A DNA stretch of 64,000 nt from Octopus sinensis (Eukaryota): positions 21,327,360 through 21,391,359 of the forward strand of contig NC_043019.1 of NCBI RefSeq assembly GCF_006345805.1, read 5' to 3'. The first letter of the stretch is position 1. Each line of letters starts with the position of its first letter. Position numbers and translations under genes: made by a program. Of this stretch, positions 50,112 to 61,870 are shown in pieces. The notes beneath the pieces were generated by a model. The model made no database searches, was not told the DNA's origin, and worked only from the letters and a program-made list of their open reading frames with translations.

Positions 50112-50340
50112 CTACAAAATTAGGGAATGGAATAGATAAAATCCAGGCTACATATGTTCCATAGCTAGAAGAACCACGTAAATAGCAATAGCCCAATTGA
50201 GGGGCAATCTGCTGGCCAAAGGTACCTTAATCAAATGAAGTTTACATGGGATCCTATTTCCGAGGTTCCGTTAGCTAGGAAACATATGAAGCCTGAATTT
50301 TATCTACTCTATTTCCTAATTTTGGATTTTTATTTGTATA
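50103..50340. mobile_element. Imperfect long inverted repeat (old foldback/MITE)
   Basis: Arms ~50103-50185 and ~50254-50340 (AAAATTAGG.AAT.GA.TAGATAAAAT.CAGGCT.CATATGTT..TAGCTA). Confidence 0.65.
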
Positions 50341-51529
50341 CAGAGCAACCTCAGCTGCTAACTGCAAGCTGTAAAACAATTTTTTCAGCTTATCAAACTT
50401 TGATATGGGAAAAATTTACATCCTTCTACATCAATAAACCACTATTGTTCCTGAAAGTTGCTTTTTATACCTTCTACAGACTGCTTGAAGCTTACTAACT
50501 TCCTACACCTTGGTCGTTGGCTTTTACCTTTACACATACATACATACATATAAATATATAAATAAAAGCACCAGGGTAAGTGAATTTGGTAAACAGCAAC
50601 TGGAAAAAGCTCCTCATATTATGTGTGTAAGTGCAAGTGTATGACTATGTCTATCTTGACATTGCATGGTAGTTGTGAGCATCACTGTCATAGTGTTATT
50701 CACTTCCAATATTCTGTGAAAACATGTCGGGTCATGGGAAAATATATCTTGCTTGGAAACAGGTGTGGGTTGGTAAATGGAAGGGCATCCAGCCATTGAA
50801 AATATTCTTCAATAAACTCCATCTGATCCATTCTGGCATGGAAAAGTGAATGTTAAAATGGTGATGATGATGTGAATATATGGGTATATCTATACATGTC
50901 AGATTGCTCAGGTTGCTCAACACTGCTACTGGTAACATATAAGCCAGTACTGTTGACTAAACTCCTACCTCCACCAAGCTAGCTCGGTGAGAAAGGTTAC
51001 TAAAAACCCAACAGAATGGAAACAATACCAACCAAAAGGACAATCGAACTGTGTAGGGTCTACAGCTGTCTAGCTGTAGCATTGCACCTTAAACATTCCA
51101 TGTTGATGTCCAGTATGCTGTAAGTCAACTGGGTAGGAGACACCCTTTGATTCCCATTAAGGTATGTCTCTACAAGGTGACCTCAAAATAAAACCCAAGG
51201 AATGCTGTTTAGGGAAGATATGGCACACTGTGCAGCGTTCTTTTGTTATTTCTCCAAAATATGTGGCTGGTCCTACACAAGCCCCAACCATCGTTGTCTC
51301 TGTAGTTTAAAAGTTCAGTTTAGTTCTGCCAAAAGAAGTAACATTTCTGGTGAGCAGCTGGAAGTTCATTCATCAAAACATTTGCCCAAGGTGCTCCCAG
51401 TAGGACTGAACCTGAAACCACATGGTTGGAAGTGAATCTCTTAACCACACAGCCATGCCTACATACACATGGATGAAGAAGAAAAAAAAAGAACCAAACA
51501 CGTTTTTGTAAATAAGGTGTGTTAGCATG

Positions 51530-51580
<51 letters not shown>

Positions 51581-51695
51581 TATACACACATATATATACA
51601 CATATATATACACATACATATACATACATATATATACACATATATATACATACATATATATACACATATATATACATACATATATATACATATAT

Positions 51696-51726
<31 letters not shown>

Positions 51727-52479
51727 CATACATACATACATACATATTTATACATATGTAACTTGCAATTTAATAGCCACTTTGCTCTAAACTTTACAAT
51801 ACCTCCTCTCCACACACTTTTAATAGCACGTTTTAAAGAGAAAACATGTTTTATCAAGTTACAAAGAGAGCTTTACAAAGAAAAGCTAAACTCAAAAAGT
51901 TTCCTGAATTTCATCTTTGATGTTTTAGGGCCATATCACTGGTAAGAGAGAAACAATTTGGATTGTACACATAGAAATATGAATGAATGGACTGCTTTTG
52001 GTTTGAACTGTCTTTGGCTATTTTTATGATATGAAGTTTGAAGAAGACTTTAAAATATCAAGGAGTGTACTTTTAAGTTTCTTTTAAATGGCAGTATAGA
52101 AGTGGTTTCTCTTTCATGTGAACTCTAATTACTACTTGGATAACAAGATTAAGTCACGTTTTTGTTATTAATTTTTTGTTTTTGTGTTAGTTTCTTTTAA
52201 TATTCAAATCGCAAAAATTGTGAGTAAATAGCACTAATTACATTTGGATAGCTAAATTGAATCAAATTTTGTGTGCGTGTGTGTGTGTGTGTGTGTCAGA
52301 TATGTCTTCAAAGAAAAAGAAATTCTTTGCCGGTGTGGATATTAAAAACAATTTTTTTGTTTTTGGTGCAACATTCACAGCTTATTCTAACATTCAAAAG
52401 CTACCCAAATAAAAAAAAAAGATGAAGAAGAAACTCCCTTTTTCTTTAGAACTTCTCTAAAGAAAATACCTCTATGTTT

Positions 52480-52725
52480 TCCAGAAAACTGGTTCTACTG
52501 TGGCAAGGAGCAAAAGAGCTAGCAAACTTAGGACTAAACTACAAGAACAGATGACAGAAGAATAAAATTTTTAGTTCTTCAGGAAATAAAAAGCCGACAG
52601 CAACTATCAAGAAAATTTATAACTGATGGAAACACAGCTGGTTCCAGAAGGAGCATTATATGAAGACTGAAAGAGGTTGGTTTTGTGACTTGCTATAAAG
52701 CCTTTGTTAAACAAGAAAAAGAAGC
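52480..52725 (+). pseudogene. Decayed Tc1-like transposase N-terminal/HTH region
   Basis: Frameshifted plus-strand translation FQKTGSTV...TTRTDDRRIKFLVLQ...RRSII*RLKEVGFV...KPLLNKKKKH resembles Tc1 TGS..DRPRSGRPRKTT.REDRRIVR...RRRLKEAGL...KKPLL. Confidence 0.6.
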
Positions 52726-54322
52726 ATATTTAAGTAACAACTACAAGAATAGTTATATTGAATGCTATAGTCCTTGATATACAGAAAGACAGGAAGCTCA
52801 CAACTGAGGCACTTTTGGTCATAGGCCTACTCAAACTGGACAGACCTGGAGCTAAACAATGATCACAAGGAACAGCTACAAGAAAAGTCACAGAGTAAGA
52901 CAGTTTGATCCAGAATCTGATAAAGAAATGACCAAAAATGATTGCAGTTGGCAATATACTGTGGAGGGGAAGACCTATCCAATACATGCAAGTATGAAAA
53001 AACATATATCTGATGATGGTGAATATGATGCCATGCAGTCAAAAAGACAGTAAGGTCACAGGTGGAGCACCTTTGATCATAGGCATAGACAATCAGGATA
53101 GACCTAGGGTTAAACAACATCTATAACAACCCATATATTTATATTTTATCAACGATTTCCTTCAAGAAATGACTCAAATAATAAACCTGAGTTGTCTCCT
53201 AGTGGACAGCTATTACAAAGGGGATAATCATTTCTTCATAATATTAGGAGGGATGAGAAATTTGAATCTGAAATTAAGGAATAAGGAAAGAGATGAATTG
53301 AATACACAGATTTAATCTTTTTTTCTCTTTTATTATTTTTTTGCTTACTTATTACAAAGTTCTTAAAATCTCTAGTCACTGGTAATCATGTATAGCACTA
53401 TTTCATTCTTTTTAAAAAATCTACAGCATGACATAACTTGAGTATATTAATTAAACACTTTATGAAATGAGATATTTCATATAAATAGAAACTAATTATT
53501 TATATAAATATATAAATGTTGAAGTGAATCTAACGGTTTTCGTGTGTTTCTTAAATGGCTTATAAACACCTTCCATGCTGCAATTGTTTTCGTTCCAGCA
53601 CACGAACTCAGATCAGGTCACTTGCTATGCAAATACATCTCCGTAAGAAAATAATTAATTCTGAAGAAATTTATAGAATGTGCATTTTTTCTTTTCTGCT
53701 TTTATTAATAGTGTGTTAGTTTATCAATCAAAAGAAGAGAGAGAGAGAGAATTTTGAGTGTGTACATTAAGAATAACTGTTTCCAGGGAATTCTACACTG
53801 TGGAAATCCATATTTTCCACAAAATTCCTGGCTAATTTTTTAACAGAATTACCAAATTTTCACACTCAATACTTATTTTAGATTTTGTCCTTGTCCAACA
53901 CATATACATTAAGTCTAGGACATGCAAAAAGAAACCAATGACAGATGGCTTCTACATGGTCCCTCTACTGGCTAGAAATACTAACCAAATCTCCCCAAAA
54001 TCACACATTACTATTTTAAAAACAGGAAAACATTTAGATGGGATGGTCACAATGGAAGATCTCTAATCATTGGTTTGCATGGTCAGTGCTGACTAAAGGT
54101 TAAACAACAACAGTACCTATTAGGTGCCAAAATATTTCTGCAAAAAATGACTTCATATCAAACTGATCTTGTTGAAATCTACATTTGCCACAGATTGTCC
54201 GTCTGAGTTTGTGTATCTGACATTCACTACAGCATTTTAGGTTTCACCCTCGCCCACCACTCAAACGTTCGGTGCACTTTGTGTCAATAATTTTGTAAAT
54301 AAATGGATTTAATCAAACCTAC

Positions 54323-54397
54323 CTTGTGGTAATCAACATTCTCCACTGAATGTCTGTCTATCTCCAAGATCTGATCTCCTACACTCAACTGGCCATC
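54323..54397 (-). CDS. MPDZ: MPDZ-like coding exon: DGQLSVGDQILEIDRHSVENVDYHK
   Basis: Acceptor ctacttctag|, donor AAG|gtaggt. 75 nt, phase 0-0. DG.L..GD.ILE PDZ signature continues the previous exon in frame. Absent from the ORF track (too short). Confidence 0.93.
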
Positions 54398-54524
54398 CTA
54401 GAAGTAGCAGCAGAAAAACACATATAAATATGAATATATATATATACACACACGCATTTATCTATCAATAATAATCTTTTGATGATATCATCATCAAGAT
54501 GCTAATAATGGCAGTGATGAAACA

Positions 54525-54584
<60 letters not shown>

Positions 54585-55646
54585 CACAAAAGAATGTTTA
54601 ATGAAGAGATGGTGATGATGGAATTTGTTGTGCTGGTGTTGATGATGATGATGATGATAATGATTATTATAAAGCAGTAATGAAAGGAGAATGAGTGAAG
54701 GAAGGAGGGACAGAAGCGGAGAGAGAGAGAAAGAGAGGGAGATAGAAAGAGGGGTAGTGGTAATGGCAGAAGAAGCAGTAAGATTGGTACAACTCTATAA
54801 TATATCTACCTACATGTAAGAAATTAGTGGGAATGATATTGGCAACCAGTAACAAAGTTTTCATTTTTCTTTTGGCATGAGCAAATATTGTATAATTATT
54901 TTCATCCATAGAGATGATAAAAAATTATATGTGTTTGTGTGCATAAACACACACACATATGTACATATATGTATATATATATTTATACATATTCATACAC
55001 ACATAAATGTATATATGCACACATGTATGTATCTGTGTGTCTGTGTGTATACATACACACATATACATATATACACGTGTTTATGCACATATACATACAT
55101 ACATACCAACGTACACATAGGCATGTATATTAAACATACATACATGCACACACATGTACACAGAGGTATGTATATACATACACATGTATGTAAAAGAATC
55201 TAGAAATATGTAAATGTATGATTTATTACATGAAAAAATGTTTATATTACAAAGAAAAAACAAAAAAAAAAACAAAAAACAAAACAAAACAAATACAATA
55301 CAACCTACTACAAAAAAAAAAATTTAAATGATGCTATTTACAATAATCTGACTACACCAGCACATTAATAAAGCGTCAGAGTAGAGACAATGTCATCTGT
55401 AAAGCAAAACATATGAAGTTGTGCAAAAATCTTTTGCTGTGTAAAGTATTTTCTGTGATAAAAGAATGTGATGCACTGAATGTGTAAATAGTAAATATAA
55501 TTAACACTAAAACAGCCATCTGTATATCATACTTAATGTATATAAACAGTTGAAAGGCCAGTTACTGCAGTATTTGTCCTGAGATAACACACAATATTTA
55601 TTTATTCAATTACATATATCAGACAATTAATGCTGTAAGAATAAAA

Positions 55647-55832
55647 GCATCATCATCATGATCATCATCGTTTAATGTCCGCTTTCCATGCTAGCATGGG
55701 TTGGACGATTTTGACTGAGGGCTGGCGAACCAGATGGCGGCACCAGGGTCCAATCTTGATCTGGCAGAATTTCTACAGCTGGATGCCCTTCCTAACGCCA
55801 ACCACTCCGAGAGTGTAGTGGTTGCTTTTTAA
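55647..55832 (-). mobile_element. Truncated family C SINE
   Basis: (CAT)nCGTTTAATGTCCGCTTTCCATGCTAGCATGGG...GGATGCCCTTCCTAACGCCAACCACTCC. Confidence 0.85.
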
Positions 55833-56908
55833 GTATAATTATTGATTTATTAACTACATTATTTTAAGCAACTAACCATTTGTGTACACATTAATTTCTT
55901 TATGTACTGGTTGCAAAATGAGCAAGTGCATACATGCACAGAGTTTGAAGGAATAAACCCTTTCACAAATTACACTCGTAAGTATCTAATGCTCCCCACA
56001 CCAAAAAAAAAATAAAGTCCAAGGACATATTATATAATGGGGTTCCTAGATGCATTGTACCTGAAAATAAGACAGGACTGTCATGACTAGAGAACTTATG
56101 ATCATAGATCTATTTCATAAGAGCTGACCCAAGGTCACTGAGATGGTAGGAGAAATGGAAAGAAGATACCAAAACTGATGGGATTGGTGTAGCAGGGAGC
56201 TGTGAACTGTGATGTTGAGTTCTTTGTCTTTAGTTTAGATTAGAAAATAAGGTCTGGATGTTTGGAACTGAGTGGACAGCCAAGTACTTAGTTGTGGTGT
56301 TAATCTGGCTGAAGGATTGACCAACGTAAACATCTGATGGGCTTCTGAACAGTCTTCATCTACCAATGTTACTAACAAGGCTTGGTGTTGAAAAATGTCA
56401 ACCGTAGACATAGTAAAAGACCATTCCCCAGGGTATCATAGAGTGGGATTGAATACACAAATGAATCATTATCATTCCATGCTGGCATGTGATGGATGGA
56501 TGGATCATTATGGCTGAAATCAGTTCCCATTCAGGGTTATTGCCTACCTAGCATGATTGGGGGATCACGTTTCACTCATTTTATTTTACTTCTTAAACCA
56601 ATTACTTTACAGAATGTATTGGGTTCATTGTTACGGTAGTGTCAGCACCAATGAAGTTGCTTTCTATCTTGCATGACAGAGGAGGGGGGGTCTATTCAGT
56701 TTTTTGTAGCCTCTGTCCATTCAGAGCAGTTAGACCAATAGAGAGGGTAGAAGAGAGGGCAATAGCAGAAGTTGAATGAGAGAGAGAGAGAGAGGGAGGG
56801 AGGGAGGGAGGGAGAGAGAGAGAAAGAGAGGGAGAGAGAGGGAGCGAGGGAGGGAGGGAGAGAGAGGGAGAGTGCAAGATGAAAAGAGTGAATGTGAACG
56901 TGGACCAA

Positions 56909-57366
56909 TTGCCACCAAGTGATGGTTCTACCTTCTCTGGGAGCAGACATAATTTCAATAAATCAATAATATATTTTGTATTTTATTTAATACACCCTTA
57001 TTCATTTTTGTTATTCAATTAAATGCCAGTGTCTGCTCTGAATTCCTCATAGCCCATGTTCATATCATTTACATAAATTATCTCAGACATGTGTTCTACT
57101 CTTTTTTGTAAAATTTTTCAGTATTTTATCAGATGAAGATAAGTTAGGGCTATTGATGTACTGATGATGCCTACTGAGACAGAAACATATGTCCATGGCT
57201 GCCCTCTTTTTTTCTCAATGAGATTATCTTCCCTTCTCATTTGGTGTTAGTACCTGTTGCCACCAAACAATTGCTCTACCTTCTCTGAGAGCAGAGACAA
57301 TTTCAGTAAATCAAGAATATATTTTGTATGGTATTTAATATATCTTTAGTCTTCTCTGTTATTCAA
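56909..57366 (+). mobile_element. Direct-repeat (pseudo-LTR-like) unit, period 348 bp, containing a hammerhead motif
   Basis: 110-bp imperfect direct repeats at 56909-57018 and 57257-57366 (TTGCCACCAA...TCTACCTTCTCTG.GAGCAGA...GTTATTCAA). Confidence 0.65.
57146..57205 (+). ncRNA. Type I hammerhead ribozyme motif (probably partly decayed)
   Basis: CTGATGA (57161-67), stem II TGCC/GACA (one mismatch), GAAAC (57182-86), palindromic helix III ACATATGT, cleavage triplet GTC (57191-93), interrupted stem I closed by AGGGC/GCCCT. Confidence 0.6.
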
Positions 57367-58271
57367 ATACAAACCACTAGCTTATATACACAAACATAGA
57401 ACTATATGTGCATGTATGTGTATGTTATATTATGTATGCATATATATTTGCGCATTCAACACACACACGCATATAGGATGTATCTATAAATATATAGTAT
57501 ACGCACAGCTAAATATATATTTATGGATGTATGAGTGTGTGTATATATGTACACTTACACATACATACAAATAACGTGTTTAGTCAAACTGAAATCTCAA
57601 GTTACACTACATAAGATCAAAAGTTTAAAACCCATCGTCTTTCCCCTGTGTATACTCTACTAAGTGGAAACCAATCCTTCTCTTCTTCTCTCCCTAGCTC
57701 CTTCACTCATACACACACGCAGTATTAAACAAAGTATTATTTGTGTGCGTATACCATATGCATGTATGTATGATGTGGTGGGTGCATGTGTGTGCATCTC
57801 CTCGACTGTTTTGGGAATTCAAATACATTTGTTGCTCTCAAAAATGTTCAAAATCTCTGAAGCAATAACTGTTATTTGCTAATGTAACATTAAGTCAAGA
57901 TAATTGTGTACCAGATTACCTCCAACTACTTTTATGTAGAAAATTACTCTAATTACATTATTGGAAGATGTCATCATCATTTCTGTCATTAACAGGAACT
58001 GCCACCATGAGGATGAGGATAAAAATGAGGCTGATGATGATGACAACAAAATAACAACAGGATTGAATTCTTTCATTGACACAAAACCAGATGATGATGA
58101 TGATGATAGCGATGATGATCATTTCTGATTTAGGCACAAGGCCATCAAATTTTGAGGGGAGGGGATTAGTCAATACTGCTAACACCAATACTTGACTGTC
58201 TTTTTTTTTTTTTACTTTGGCCAATTTAATAAACTTGACCACTTGTATGGACGTATTTTGAGGTACCTCAA

Positions 58272-58900
58272 CAGGCACAAGCATGGCTGTGTGGTAAGAA
58301 GCTTGCTTCCCAATCACATGCTTCCAAGTTCAGTCCTACTGCACTGAATCTTGGGCAAGTATCTTCTATTATAGCCCTGGGTCAATCAAAGCCTTGTGGG
58401 TAGATTTGGTAAATGGAAACTGAAAGAAACCCATGTGTGTGTGTGTGTGTGTGTACCTTAGAGTTTGTATGATTGTGTACAGGTAAATACAGAAGTCAAT
58501 GAAATTCCAAGAGTCTGACTTTTGTTTTATTTTTGTATTTTTCCCAATTTTACACAAAGCATGAAAGTACTTGTTTTATCATGGTATGTAATATGGAATT
58601 ATAAAATTGCAAAAAATATAAAAATAAAACAAAAATCAGACTATATTGGAATTTCATTAACTTGTATATATATGTGTGTGTGTGTTTATGCTTGTCTCCC
58701 ACCACTACTTGATAACCAGTGTTGGTTTATTTATGTCCCTATAGCCTAGTGGTTCAACAAAAGGAGACCAATATAATAAGTGCCAGTTTTTTAAAAAAAA
58801 GTACTGGGGTTGACTTGTTCAATTATATATAGTTGAACGAAGGCAGTGCCCCAGCTTGGCCACAGTCTTATGACTGAAACAAGTGAAAGAATAAAAGAAT
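58272..58900 (+). mobile_element. Family A SINE interrupted by a long-TIR MITE (~58488-58667)
   Basis: SINE 5' half 58272-58455 and 3' half ~58675-58900; insert has ~55-bp TIRs AAGT.AATGAAATTCCAA..AGTCTGA.TTTTGTTTTATTTTT. Confidence 0.75.
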
Positions 58901-59154
58901 ATAAAGTAGTACTTCATTCTTATCTTTCTGTACCTCTCAAATATTGACTGTGAGTTAGCAAGAGAGGTAATATTAGGTCACTTAATTTTCTTAAATACAG
59001 AGAGACATTAATGAAAAGACTGCCAGTAGACATCTACTGAAGAGTGAAATTATCCAATGATGTTAACTGAAAGAGACTGCGTAGTCTTACATTTATGTTG
59101 CTCCTGAAAAATAAATGTAGGTTAGTCATGACTGGAGTGTTTCTGACCTTAAGT

Positions 59155-59198
<44 letters not shown>

Positions 59199-59199
<1 letters not shown>

Positions 59200-59563
59200 T
59201 AGCACTATGACCCGGCGTTGCTGGGTCATAGTGCTAGTGCATGTATATACAGCTGTGTGCGTGCACACATACACGCGAGTACTGTCCAAATCTCTGACCA
59301 ATCATATACAGCTAGCTGGCATTCAATTGACGTATCAAGTTTCGGGCATTTTGATTGGGTTTTGGATAGAAAATTCACAAAAAAGTCACTTCTATTGATT
59401 TTTTTAATGGCTTTGCAGGGTGACTGGGGAAATGTAAAGATGTGCACGACCACCCTTGGACGGTTTTGAATGACCATAGAAAGTGTGAGCCCTCTAACTG
59501 AAAAATTGTGGATTTATATAAAGGACACACACACAGACATTTTGCTGTTTATATATATAGAGA
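59199..59563 (-). mobile_element. Non-autonomous Helitron H4 inserted in an (AAT)n tract
   Basis: (AAT)nA|CTAG...GA|TAATAAT: A|T target, TC start on minus at 59563-62, terminal palindrome 59198-59238. Confidence 0.8.
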
Positions 59564-59577
59564 TAATAATAATAATA

Positions 59578-59940
59578 ATGGTTTCAAATTTTGCCACAAG
59601 GGCAGCCATTTTGGGGAGGGGACTAGTCGATTACATCAACCCCAGTATTTCACTGGTACTTATTTTACTGATCCCGAAAGGCTGAAAGGTAAAAATCAAT
59701 CTTGGCAGAATTTGAACTCAGAATGTAGCAACAGGTGAAATACTGCTAAACTGGAAGAATTGTTAGCTTGCTGGACAAAATGCTTAATGGTATTTCGCCC
59801 ATCACTATGTTCTGAGTTCAAATTCCACTGAGGTCAACTTTGCCTTTCATCCTTTCCGGAGTCAATAAATGATGTAATTGACTGATTCCCTTCCCACAAA
59901 AATTGCTATCCTTTTGACAAAATGTGAAACCAATAATAAT
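59578..59940. mobile_element. Head-to-head fused pair of family B SINEs (- 59578-59750; + 59750-59940)
   Basis: Family B cores in opposite orientations with truncated heads joined. Confidence 0.75.
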
Positions 59941-59981
59941 AAGAACAACAACAAGAACAAGAACAACAACTGTATACAAAC

Positions 59982-60074
59982 CTGAGAGGCAGGACCACTT
60001 GGTGCTATGGACTTCACAAATATACCTGGTTTTGTTTTGCCTTCCATAATTGTAAATCCCAAACCAGCCAATCC
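59982..60074 (-). CDS. MPDZ: MPDZ-like coding exon (first in window): N-terminal half of a PDZ domain (PDZ9 equivalent), GLAGLGFTIMEGKTKPGIFVKSIAPSGPASQ
   Basis: Acceptor tttatcaag| at 60075, donor CAG|gtttgt at 59981. 93 nt, phase 0-0. GLGF carboxylate-binding loop and GIFVKSI..GPA motif. The Met in the ORF track is a TTG artefact. Confidence 0.92.
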
Positions 60075-60259
60075 CTTGATAAATAAATAAATAAAAAAAG
60101 AATTAAATTATGCAAATAAATGCATTTTTGCAATTTCATTATTAAAATGTGTAAAAACAATTAAAGAAAAACAACAATCAAACTCAAACAATAAAAGAAT
60201 TTCAGAGAAATTTAACTTTTAGGAATCTCTCTAATTCTCTCTCCCTTTTTTTTTGACGA

Positions 60260-60452
60260 TATTGTGATGTTGTAGCTTGAAGGTATTGTGTGTACCAGGG
60301 ATTTGTACTGTCTCTCAAATCACAACAAAGAACTCAGACAGACAGTGCTTTATGTAGTATGAGTGCAGTTCCAAGTAAAGCTGATTTTTGCAATACACCA
60401 AGATAGGGTATTTCTGAAGTGCCCAGATGTTTCTTCAGGTTTGGTGGTATTG
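60260..60452 (-). mobile_element. 3' end of an R4/Dong-like (restriction-like endonuclease) non-LTR retrotransposon
   Basis: Minus translation PPNLKKHLGTSEIPYLGVLQKSALLGTALILHKALSV* resembles the C-terminal QKS.LLGTA.ILR..L motif of R4-clade ORFs (family assignment from recall). Confidence 0.55.
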
Positions 60453-60454
60453 AA

Positions 60455-60687
60455 GGCGGTGAGCTGGCAGACACGTTAGCGCACCGGGTGAAATGCTTAG
60501 CGGTATTTCGTCTGCCGTTATGTTCTGAGTTCAAATTCCGCTGAGGTCGACTTTGCCTTTCATCCTTTCGGGGTCGATAAATTAAATACCAGTTACACAC
60601 TGGGGTCGATGTAATCGACTTAATCTGTTTGTCTGTTGTTGTTTGTCCTCTCTGTGTTTAGCCCCTTGTGGGTAGCAAAGAAATAAG
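60455..60687 (+). mobile_element. Young full-length family B SINE
   Basis: GGCGGTGAGCTGGCAGACACG...GTGGGTAGCAAAGAAATAAG. Confidence 0.9.
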
Positions 60688-60884
60688 TATTGAATCCAAG
60701 GTTCCAATGACAACATGGACAACCTTTATGTTTGACTCTCACAGCTGCTACAACTTGACGATCTCAATATTTCTCAATCTTTTCTCTTTCTTTCTTTTAG
60801 AGAAAAGGTCAATAATAATTATTATTGTTGTTATACAAATGAGTGAAAGCATATGGCGTAGAGGTTTAGGTGTTAGACAGATAT

Positions 60885-61119
60885 CTATTTCTTTACTATA
60901 CAACAAGGGGTTAAACACAGAGGGTACAAACAATGACAGACAAATGGATTAAGTCGATTACATTGACCCCAGTGCGTAACTGGTACTTAATTTATCGACC
61001 CCCGAAAGGATGAAAGGCAAAGTCGACCGTGGCAGAATTTGAACTCAGAACGTAACGGCAGACGAAATACAGCTACACATTTTGCCTGGCGTGCTAACGT
61101 TTCTGCCAGCTCGCTGCCT
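60885..61119 (-). mobile_element. Young full-length family B SINE, inverted relative to the 60455 copy
   Basis: Reverse complement of the 60455 copy, ~200 bp away. Confidence 0.9.
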
Positions 61120-61378
61120 TATTTAGACAGATATCATTAAATCATGGTTTAGTTCTCAGACTAGGTGATGTATCGTGTCATTGGGGAAGGAATTTTGCTT
61201 CATATTACTTCAGTGTACTCAGCTGATAATGAGTACTAGACATAGCCACTGGGGGTGGGGTGGGTAACCACCTTTTCAGGGTGGTGGCGTCACGTACTCT
61301 CAGTTACTTAAACATCTCAGCAACTAGAACAAGCTCTGTAGACTTAATAGGTTTAAGAGAGGAAGAGAGGGAGGAGAA

Positions 61379-61444
<66 letters not shown>

Positions 61445-61763
61445 TTAACTTTTAATGCAAATGAAGTGAAGTGGCACCAAGCGAAAACTGTGTCAAATTC
61501 AGTTAACAAAATTAATTGATTGGGAATTGAACCATAAATACTAGTCTCCATGGACATCAATAAAAAAAAAAAGTCAGATGTATATTACTAAAAGCTGGCA
61601 TTCATTCTCCTTTGTCTTCTCTTCTCTCTCTCTGCATCTCTTTTATTCCTTTGTATCTTCTATCCAAGATATTTTGATTTAATTTCAATAATTTTTTTTT
61701 AGAAATGTCGAAGATGAAAAATATATTTATATAGGCATAATGACTCTCCCTAGACACAATAAT

Positions 61764-61788
61764 ATATATATACATATATGTATATATA

Positions 61789-61835
<47 letters not shown>

Positions 61836-61837
61836 AC

Positions 61838-61870
<33 letters not shown>

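Noticed and set aside
61290-61325. Possible upstream MPDZ exon (minus, ELVLVAEMF)
   Set aside because: Wrong exit phase and in-frame stop; the preceding exon probably lies beyond the window.
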